Assembly (NCBI GenBank): GCA_016839765.1
Contig: JAEOTP010000015.1
Coordinates: 32,001 to 96,000, forward strand
DNA: 64,000 nt
DNA from: Promethearchaeota archaeon
GTDB lineage: Archaea > Asgardarchaeota > Lokiarchaeia > Sigyniarchaeales > SOKP01
Direction: 5' to 3'
Below the pieces are notes generated by a model that did no database searches, was not told the DNA's origin, and worked only from the letters and a program-made list of their open reading frames with translations. Below, in pieces: positions 40,401 to 46,877 of the stretch (position 1 is its first letter; each line of letters starts with the position of its first letter). The translations under genes were made by a program, and so were the position numbers.

Positions 40401-42964
40401 TTAGTAGCTTAATCACAGTATTGCTTTATTTTGAAATAGCTGTTCTAATTTTTGTGGTATTAAATGAGTTCTTGGTATTAGAAATTACGATAAATATTGT
40501 AGCATTCTTTGGAACTTTATTTCTATTATCATTTCTAGATATTATTTTATTGAAAAGAGTGAATAAGAAAATAATTTACCCAATTAACATTCTCAGCTAC
40601 TTATTTATTTCAATTAGCTTTTTTATCTTTTTCAATCAATTTTTAGCTATAAATGTGCAATTAATCTTCTTAAATCTAATAATATTATTCACACTGCAGT
40701 TCTATACCGTTTATATTATTTTTGCTTTCTTAAAACAATATGAGAGTTTTGATAAGGATAAATTAAGTACTTATCGCAAAATTATTCAAACAATTCAAGT
40801 AAATATTATATTTTTCATTATGGGTTTATTTGGATCCTCTTATTTCACAACACTTATCTTAGATAGTGAACCGATTCTTAGTGGGCTGCCTTCAATTTTC
40901 CTATTCTTAATGATATTTACTTTCATACTTTTTACTCTTAATCATATAGTTAGGAATAAATTTAGGCAACACATTTTATTTGGATACTATATCATATTTT
41001 TCATTAATTTCGCATTCTTTTGGGTCTCTTTTATAATTATTTTTAATCTGATTAACACGCTTTCCATTAGTCTATTATTATTTACTATTACAATATTAAT
41101 TTCTTATCTTGTTTATTCAGTTGGTAATATTTACAAGGAAAAAGTAAAAATAGGGCAAATTAATAAAATATATTCATTAATCATCTTCTTTCTTTACTTA
41201 GAGATTTCAATAATCCTCTTTGGATTATCTTATATATATCTTAATATATTTGAAAGCATTCTTATTTCACAAATAGCCTTATTTTTGATTTCCATAATGG
41301 AAAGGTATATAATACGAAAAGTTAAAACTACTATAGTTTTTATCCTCCATACAATAAGTTATTTTAATATTAGCTGGTCTCTCTTTGTTGTTATATTTCA
41401 ATTTACTCAAAATATTTTTGATTTAAATCTAATTTTCTTTATTCTTATGCAGTTTTATACAAATAATTCGTATTTTATTACTAGATCTAAATTTAATTTA
41501 TCTAAAGAACCTGATTTTAAGAAGTGGAAGCTAATTAGACAGAAAGTAATTGGATCTTGTTTTTATTTAACTTTATTATTATATATTCTAAATTATTTAA
41601 TACTCGTTATTACCGAAATTCAATTAATTATTTTAATTTTAGGCGTAATAATTCATGGATTAATGTATATTGATAAGTTTATCTTTAAATTCTTAGCTGA
41701 ACTTTCAAAGTATGTAATAATTTTCTCAATTTTCTTGATATTAGGCACCTCATTTTTATATTCTTTAGGTTGGGTTTTTATTTTTTCATTTCAAATAATC
41801 CCCTTAATAATTCTTTTAGTTTTACTCGAAATAACATATCTCATAAAATTATTTGAATTATGGGACGTTAAAAAAGTCAACTTTTCTAAAATTAGAAATC
41901 CCTTGATAAATTTGTACTATATGAACTTTTTAATATGGCCGTTTTTTTATTTAGGCTTCGAAATTTTTAATATCTTAGCTATAATGTTGATCTTTTCAAT
42001 TATCTTGATATTTTTATCTGTAATAGATATACGTATCAATACAATTAATCAAAAATTAAGAATAACAATATTAAAGACTGGTTATATTATGTTTGTCTCA
42101 TTATTATCTTTAGAAATATTTTTCTTTCTGGAATTTGTAATTCAACCAAATCTTCTATTCAATTTTTCAGTATCAGGATTATTTTTCCTCATTACAATTG
42201 GATTCATAATAAAGCCATTCAAAAGACATAGAGCTCTTTCATTCTTTTATTGGTTATCTATTTTTTCACTGATAAGTCTAATAATATATTTTGCTTATTT
42301 AAGTGGTTGGAGTTTCACAGTATTGCTAGTGGGCATTGTATTATATCCTTTCATATTTATGCTTGAAGAATTAAAAGAATTATTTAACCATTTGTTAGAA
42401 TACCTTCATAAGTTTATTTTAAAGATTAAACGCATTATATCTTTTGTTTATAGAAAATTTATTAATTTCCTTAAAAATAACTTTAGAATAATCCAGATAA
42501 TACTCTCTATATTTATTGGAGCAATAACAGGTATAACTTTCTCAGATATGGTATTAAACATCTTAGATCTATATCATGCAACACTGCTATCTCTTGCTAC
42601 CTTTGGAATTGCTTATGCTATTACAGATTACGTCTGGTATCATACGTACGTTAAAAAATTAGGTGATATTAAACAGATATTTAGGCAAAAATTAAAAATC
42701 TTTATTATAATATGGATAAGTTTTTCCAGCTTTATTTTTGCTTTAATATTACCTATAATAGAATCTATTCTGTATCAAATTTTCCTTATTTTAATACCAT
42801 TTTGGGGATTAGGTGCGATATTAATCTGGGTCGTAAATAGAAAAGAAGCTAAAGAAAAAATTTCAGTTAAAGTGAGATTTTTTATTACCTTATCTACAAT
42901 AATCTTATTTATTGTGTGGATAGGTATTATATTGCTTTGGTACTTTACTGAGGTTCAAACTTAA
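34448..42964 (+). CDS. Giant (2838 aa) polytopic membrane protein of unknown function
   Basis: Uninterrupted 8.5-kb ORF; hydrophobic ~20-aa segments separated by short Lys-rich loops throughout. Confidence 0.8.
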   Translation: MESKNIKKSSERIEKATTFLTRLWWFFLFLIGIPLVIATVSYFIIQYIIKDVYFSIGLAVIVYMFSIFFFYKSFDQYRKKPLFINNQNNLSARIHILFIVSILSLVVTPIFILVAPQGYYFELFPLISFCLLYNIIYYYYYFQPVEYFDVSESRFKRKLSFKSTLKQFHNIVILINFIIHVFFLIYTYYTKLLWLILVTLVTNIFFYIFTLLSTIKLKKKIRDAIEKGVLFQEYIIKFKQKFSVSIISLSFLLLIQLPFDILLFNTLSGVVYTNLDYILFAFGAIIFIFLYLKLRIYISIHYKRNLLILNGNKLNNSNQEPSDFLIKYQKWNMILSIFFIVFTSLFSLGINFPIIIVISIPVIIISTYFEQKANYCPKKYSRYVYLLSSVILLGFGIFWILPSFFDTLSLEIQLIIFLVSFYLDLQIFIQYDYFDRNKIIFIQHLLAFTCFLVITYSFYPIISSIYFDFLIEPLLINIVNILFYALLSLLALLGTFYYLYFRYFRKNQWKSFNLILNITIISIEILLFALISLKIFISMDVIAFINYVLVFTILLPLIFDLFIGFNYILGINTAKKSFKQLYSSSWILVLMIFTFIFYFTFNNFIFLIADLLYLSALSQILLKFGEEIDQISHETFSKVMKFNSVFIIIEISCLIFSISYINFAFIGIINNILLSCYITLIFNAFLCNILKEKLFSKSIVVLINEICLLFTTGLTFYYLYQYTFGSYYIYVLPILFSSLFFFLPIYYTKSLKKYPNLIKNITTVASIVFSISLSLIPTILSLEFVRLGKYVDLITIFNLTAFIIYGILLFIIAFSRKLKIREKRIKLVLIIQILIEFILAVTAVFYYVSIALKGTLFEYSVPLVATSAFLFIPFIFLYKKQFIGIKINKLLLFSNFIFLWGSIISIPSIYSIEFFRLGNYLEFYYMLIIIIVLFYGFLKFLYPLSKYIEIKDKFNYIIYTLQIFTWFIITIAISLIIPFNFLIQSLNWLNTLVVCSTFLLFFGLNIINLPQIENFKQIVFENKKSKLDFYKIYKIYEYYKNIIYFGLIFSVSSLIYSLIQSLNLPYLIFQSSNSLMTISFDLGIFSGISLIIFHLSNLLIEIEFRKTKEIIETLLWLAIKFNLLLIISLFPFQISIINRIFLIILIFTVLSPITIKFFRNHFIILEETYLNTKKIIGILFFISLLGFFLDFLWNIYISVPYFWSNTYVLLSLIISIALLFSNYYFSVFNDYIEKKSELNIYGLYFQSFLIFIILLFMNIGPSLVLLVIIFIILYRKRIRNIYLRLVNYLVGSYVCLIVVNIFIISFDLLSTFIYIHPGFYVCVYILSFILILFISIILNIKKINVLEEYLLDLLIPSLIFTSILIFNLIPLFYNITVSVAILLLLLSIFFYRQEDKRYIWFIRPCALLFLFDLISISSYFIIFSLPLYYEYNLILSSTLTFSIIGFCFALFFHDLRGKLKRRLISIILILSVASSFTFSYLLLKISFSLTLSDIYPWIIAGNIAIILSYIAIGIYQWKISWAIWKAGYWIWIFTPIINYLIIAESFTEINIYTNALNFFGIPIYGSHLIAFVICLLISLPFWYTWIKEHFNQVLFIIWGLSLFLIYWFSQNAFFGSTFLINLSFVGISIIFLMPIFYRLRLWKILSILWLAFTSILTIFVSYLFLETKLGLDMIISMDLILIGFLFIIFSFFPNIRALKNIVLIIAYSIAITGIFLTILNLIFSITYNLPVSINMSFIIIAFSLFTSRILKLNRKLFNFLISTILTINFSLLTFFTFSLIPNFELFALFFAISVCGGSLLIFNRYRMISPIKKIIPLMILSTGVALTLSSLIYIFIPNSFFIVSATFIAVILLLNYPTLEYIRHILLYLVPIPFCLVILHFLSLIGLFQPLLNLILIGLILYTSIFQIFTYLKYGTVKIVNLLSFILNSTYLSLLITILSPVTILYQILEFCIIWSILIIFCINYLERAGQELVKEKTISTFLRISSLITVLLYFEIAVLIFVVLNEFLVLEITINIVAFFGTLFLLSFLDIILLKRVNKKIIYPINILSYLFISISFFIFFNQFLAINVQLIFLNLIILFTLQFYTVYIIFAFLKQYESFDKDKLSTYRKIIQTIQVNIIFFIMGLFGSSYFTTLILDSEPILSGLPSIFLFLMIFTFILFTLNHIVRNKFRQHILFGYYIIFFINFAFFWVSFIIIFNLINTLSISLLLFTITILISYLVYSVGNIYKEKVKIGQINKIYSLIIFFLYLEISIILFGLSYIYLNIFESILISQIALFLISIMERYIIRKVKTTIVFILHTISYFNISWSLFVVIFQFTQNIFDLNLIFFILMQFYTNNSYFITRSKFNLSKEPDFKKWKLIRQKVIGSCFYLTLLLYILNYLILVITEIQLIILILGVIIHGLMYIDKFIFKFLAELSKYVIIFSIFLILGTSFLYSLGWVFIFSFQIIPLIILLVLLEITYLIKLFELWDVKKVNFSKIRNPLINLYYMNFLIWPFFYLGFEIFNILAIMLIFSIILIFLSVIDIRINTINQKLRITILKTGYIMFVSLLSLEIFFFLEFVIQPNLLFNFSVSGLFFLITIGFIIKPFKRHRALSFFYWLSIFSLISLIIYFAYLSGWSFTVLLVGIVLYPFIFMLEELKELFNHLLEYLHKFILKIKRIISFVYRKFINFLKNNFRIIQIILSIFIGAITGITFSDMVLNILDLYHATLLSLATFGIAYAITDYVWYHTYVKKLGDIKQIFRQKLKIFIIIWISFSSFIFALILPIIESILYQIFLILIPFWGLGAILIWVVNRKEAKEKISVKVRFFITLSTIILFIVWIGIILLWYFTEVQT

Positions 42965-42999
42965 GAAGGTTTTTGTATAAAAAATTAAAAATAATGAAA

Positions 43000-43161
43000 T
43001 TATAGATTTTTCTTTTTCCAATCCCTTAAAAAATCTTTAAATTCCCCATCCTTTATGCCAATAGAATTTTTTTTAGGTTTTTCAGTAACAGAATTATGAT
43101 TGGGAGCATTTTTCTTAAAATTTAATGTCCAATCATAATAAGAGACTGCTTTTGATGACAT
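43000..43161 (-). CDS. 53-aa hypothetical protein (not in ORF track)
   Basis: MSSKAVSYYDWTLNFKKNAPNHNSVTEKPKKNSIGIKDGEFKDFLRDWKKKNL. Confidence 0.45.
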   Translation of the reverse strand: MSSKAVSYYDWTLNFKKNAPNHNSVTEKPKKNSIGIKDGEFKDFLRDWKKKNL

Positions 43162-43318
43162 AATTTTAGATCTCTATTTTAATAAAATAAATTACAACAG
43201 AGTGCCAGATTTCTAAAAAAATTGATAGTTACAATATTAATAAAAATAATATAAAAAGCCTAAATAGGATGTTGAATTGATATTTTATACTTTTCAAGTA
43301 TTTTAACTGTGATTTATT

Positions 43319-43864
43319 ATGGGAGAAGAACAAGATAATACGAAAATAAATGTAAAAGATTGGATAATCATTAGTACTACTATGATAGGAGCAGTTTTAA
43401 CTATTCTTGCTCTAATTTGGCAACTTAAACCCTCTTATGGGATTATTACGGTTACTTTTCTGTTATTACTTTCATTTATATTATTTGTTAACTCGGTATC
43501 AGCAAATTCTAAAGCAAATTTTGAAATTAGGGCAAAAAAGATTCCAGAAAAACAAATATATAGGTTTGTATCCTTTGCTGAATATACATTTGGCCTTGGT
43601 TTTACTTTTGTTATAACTGCATTTTCTCTGCTTGGTTACAAATATTTTATAGATTTCGTAGGACGCACTTTAATCGCATTGGTTTTACCAATTTCTTTTA
43701 TGGTAACAGCTTGGTTTATGATTTTTATATATAACACAATAAATTATTCTGGAAAGCCATTTAAGAGTATTAGAAGCTTAAAACGAAATTTATGGATAAT
43801 ACTAGAATTAAGCAGTTTAGCCTTTATAATATTGGATTTCTTTGAAATTATTTTAATTCCATAA
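43319..43864 (+). CDS. Small membrane protein (~5 TM)
   Basis: Hydrophobic segments. Confidence 0.75.
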   Translation: MGEEQDNTKINVKDWIIISTTMIGAVLTILALIWQLKPSYGIITVTFLLLLSFILFVNSVSANSKANFEIRAKKIPEKQIYRFVSFAEYTFGLGFTFVITAFSLLGYKYFIDFVGRTLIALVLPISFMVTAWFMIFIYNTINYSGKPFKSIRSLKRNLWIILELSSLAFIILDFFEIILIP

Positions 43865-43883
43865 ACTTTTTTTTATTATTAAT

Positions 43884-44006
43884 CTAAATAACAACAGAAT
43901 AAACTCGTTTTGGTCTACCTGCTTTCTCACCTTTTATAATTTCTTCCTTAATTAATCCCTGATTAATTAATAAGTCAAGAATTTCTCTTAATTTTGCGCC
44001 TCCAAT
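43884..44006 (-). pseudogene. C-terminal remnant of a winged-helix regulator
   Basis: IGGAKLREILDLLINQGLIKEEIIKGEKAGRPKRVYSVVI*, with an in-frame TAA immediately upstream. Confidence 0.5.
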
Positions 44007-44070
44007 TTAAATTAAATTGCCTTTTGTCAGCTCTTTTCTCAATTTAAATATTGTCTGAAAAAAGGAAATC

Positions 44071-44138
44071 TTTAAATATCCTATATACGTTATATCAGTC
44101 ACTGGTAGTCCAGTAACTGGTAGTCCAATAACCGATAT
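44071..44138 (+). promoter_or_regulatory. TATA box followed by three 15-nt-period palindromic operator-like sites
   Basis: TTTAAATA at 44071-44078; TCAGTCACTGG, CCAGTAACTGG, CCAATAACCGA upstream of the PadR gene. Confidence 0.7.
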
Positions 44139-44182
44139 TAATACTAGTTATTAAAACAATTATCTATGAGTTTGAGTTAAAC

Positions 44183-44761
44183 ATGGTTGAAAATTATCAC
44201 AAAAATTTTGAAAAAGTGATGAAAAAAAACTTTACCAATATTTTTGTTCTTTCTATCCTTGAAAATAGTCCTTCTCATGGTTATAAAATAGGGAATGAAA
44301 TTGAAAAGCGCACCTTAGGAATGTGGAATCCGTCTGCATCGACACTATATTGGATATTAAATAACTTAAGGGAAAAAAAATTTATAAAACTCCTTGAAGA
44401 AGATAAAAATAAGAAAGTTTATGAAATTACAGACACAGGCAGAGAAACTTTAAAATTAATGAAATTAACTCAACGAAAGATAAGAAAAACTTATCGTCGT
44501 TTCCTTTCAACATCCATAACAAATGGGGGTTCAGTTGATCCAGAGGAGCTTGAGCACTTTGATGATGTTCCATCAATCCAAATGTTACCGACCGCACTAA
44601 AACCAGATAAATTTAAGGAATTAACTCTTAATGAAAGATTCCAGCTTCTAGAAGCTCAAAGAGCATCAATTATAGAAAATCGAGATCGAATGAATGATTA
44701 TATCAAGGACTTCGATGAAACAATCTTAAAAGTCAAAAGAGAATTGGAAAAAGAGGGGTAG
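44183..44761 (+). CDS. PadR-family transcriptional regulator
   Basis: PSHGYKI, PSASTLY, KKVYEITDTG. Confidence 0.9.
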   Translation: MVENYHKNFEKVMKKNFTNIFVLSILENSPSHGYKIGNEIEKRTLGMWNPSASTLYWILNNLREKKFIKLLEEDKNKKVYEITDTGRETLKLMKLTQRKIRKTYRRFLSTSITNGGSVDPEELEHFDDVPSIQMLPTALKPDKFKELTLNERFQLLEAQRASIIENRDRMNDYIKDFDETILKVKRELEKEG

Positions 44762-44811
44762 AGATCTCAACCAGGAAAATTTAGAAAAATAAAAAATAGA
44801 AGAGAGTTGAT

Positions 44812-45789
44812 ATGAAATTGAGTATTGACCAAAATAAAAAAAGAATATTTTTTCTTACTTTTCTTATCTCTTATAAATGTACAAATGAATGTAAGCATTG
44901 TGCAATTCCAGGTTCTCCAAATCAAGACGACATTTCAATGGAATTAGGGGATGTAAAAAGATATTTGGATGATATTACCTCTAATTATATAGTTGATGAA
45001 GTCGGTTTTTTTGGAGGAGAGCCACTACTTAACTTTAATTTACTAGTGAGCCTCATTGAAGAAGTGAAAAAATTTAATATTCCAAAGATTGGATTACCCA
45101 CCAATGGCTATTGGGGAAAAAATGATTTAACTGCAAAGAAATACGCTCTAAAATTAAAAGAAGCGGGGTTGAATCAAATTGGTTTTAGCGTTGACGCATT
45201 TCATCAAGAATTTATTCCACTCGATGTAGTGAGACGAGCAATAAAAGCTGCTCATGAAGTTGGAATTGAATGGATAGGTTTGGTATCCCAAATTCTAGGA
45301 CCTGAAAATGAAAATAATCAATTTAATGAACAAACCAAAAACATTACTGATATCCTTTCAAAAGAGTTTGAGTTTTGCGAAGTAATAAAAAGTGAGTTAC
45401 AAGTAAGAGGTCGAGCAGCAAACCAACTTACAGAATATTTCCCAATGATGACAATACCTTCAGATAGGTGTCTTATTTTTAAGGTTCCGATGTTTATGAT
45501 TGATCCCAATGGATGGGTTTTTCATCAATTATGTCATGGAATTTGTATCGGGAATGCCAATACAAATTCCTTATCCGAAATAATAAGTGATTTTAACTAT
45601 AGAAAACATCCGATAATAGGTAAGTTAGTAGCGAAAGGAGGACCTAAAAATCTTCTTGACATTGCGATTGAAAAAGGATATGAGCCACTAAATGGGTATG
45701 CAGACAAATGTCATCTTTGTTTTAGTGCACGGAATTTTCTCCGTCCTTTTTATCCAAATATCCTCGAACCTTCAAATTTGTACTTCTAA
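44812..45789 (+). CDS. Radical SAM protein
   Basis: CTNECKHC, GGEP, TNGYW, SVDAFH, C-terminal CHLC. Confidence 0.9.
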   Translation: MKLSIDQNKKRIFFLTFLISYKCTNECKHCAIPGSPNQDDISMELGDVKRYLDDITSNYIVDEVGFFGGEPLLNFNLLVSLIEEVKKFNIPKIGLPTNGYWGKNDLTAKKYALKLKEAGLNQIGFSVDAFHQEFIPLDVVRRAIKAAHEVGIEWIGLVSQILGPENENNQFNEQTKNITDILSKEFEFCEVIKSELQVRGRAANQLTEYFPMMTIPSDRCLIFKVPMFMIDPNGWVFHQLCHGICIGNANTNSLSEIISDFNYRKHPIIGKLVAKGGPKNLLDIAIEKGYEPLNGYADKCHLCFSARNFLRPFYPNILEPSNLYF

Positions 45790-45930
45790 ACCTATAAAGT
45801 TAGAGAAATTATAATTTCTTAATAATCCAAGAAGAACAAATCCAAAAAATATGAAAACTATAATATAACAAGCTTTTATTTAACTCTTTTTTTTTATTAC
45901 ATTATTAATTTAAATTTGTCAAAAAGGTGA

Positions 45931-46269
45931 ATGAATATTCAAGAATTTAATAAATCAAGAAAAATAATAATGGATAAAATGAAAGAGAAAGACCAATTTT
46001 TTAAGGATTTTGGTAAGCTTGATGATAGGGCATTCTCAGATGGTTTTATCCCTAAAAAATATAAAGAATTAACTATGATTTCTATATCAATTGTTACAAA
46101 ATGTAAGGAATGTATCTCCTACCACATTCAAGAGAGTGTTAATAGGGATTCTAGCCCTTCAGAAATAGTAGACGCAATAAAAATGGGGATGATGGCAGGT
46201 GGTTCCACAACCTATCCATATGTAAGACATGCGTTTAACACCTTAATTGAATTAAAAGTATTAGAATAA
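45931..46269 (+). CDS. Carboxymuconolactone decarboxylase/AhpD-family protein
   Basis: KYKEL...CKECISYH. Confidence 0.88.
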   Translation: MNIQEFNKSRKIIMDKMKEKDQFFKDFGKLDDRAFSDGFIPKKYKELTMISISIVTKCKECISYHIQESVNRDSSPSEIVDAIKMGMMAGGSTTYPYVRHAFNTLIELKVLE

Positions 46270-46324
46270 TCGTAAGGGTAAATGCCTTATTTTTATATAA
46301 AATAAATTTAGGGGTTAAAATTTT

Positions 46325-46712
46325 AAAAGAGAAAAGGTTCGAGAAGCTACAATGACAACCAAAAGGTCTTCGCGACAACCAAAAGATTGTTATTGTGTGG
46401 TAATGTCTTCCTTTCCTAGGATGGGAAAGCTCAATATATTACTAATACTTCAAATCAAAATACGGTATGGAAAGAATCATCATCCGTAAGAATAATCGCT
46501 TACTCCTATGAACGATATTATCGTTTGATAACTTCACCAATTCGTTAGAATAGGCCAGATTAATATCAAATACAAACCAAAAGGCTGATATTTTTAATTC
46601 CGATCGTGTTTATAACGCACAATCACCTTTCATATCGCTATTGATTATCTGTGGACCAATGCATTGAGGTTACATTACCTCTTCTCGACGTTCACATCAA
46701 AGATGTGAACAA
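46325..46712 (-). ncRNA. Candidate ~390-nt structured non-coding RNA
   Basis: Nested long-range stems, internal hairpins, TATA-like box at 46731-46740, 3' pyrimidine tract, no ORF of 60 aa or more. Confidence 0.6.
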
Positions 46713-46877
46713 TTATAATTGTGATAAGTTTATATTTAAATAAACCTATTAACGGGTTATTAAAGAAAAATGTCGCTAGATCTAAACTATATTTTTTTTA
46801 AGTCGGAATTCAACTTTACTTTCTTAATCAGGATTATGTTGTCAAAAAAGACATTAACTAAATCTATCTTTAAATTT

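Noticed and set aside
44092-44138. Mini-CRISPR array
   Set aside because: 15-nt period, no unique spacers, no cas genes; operator-like
46352-46489. 45-aa plus-strand ORF MTTKRSSRQPKDCYC...
   Set aside because: No coding-like composition; region better explained by RNA structure
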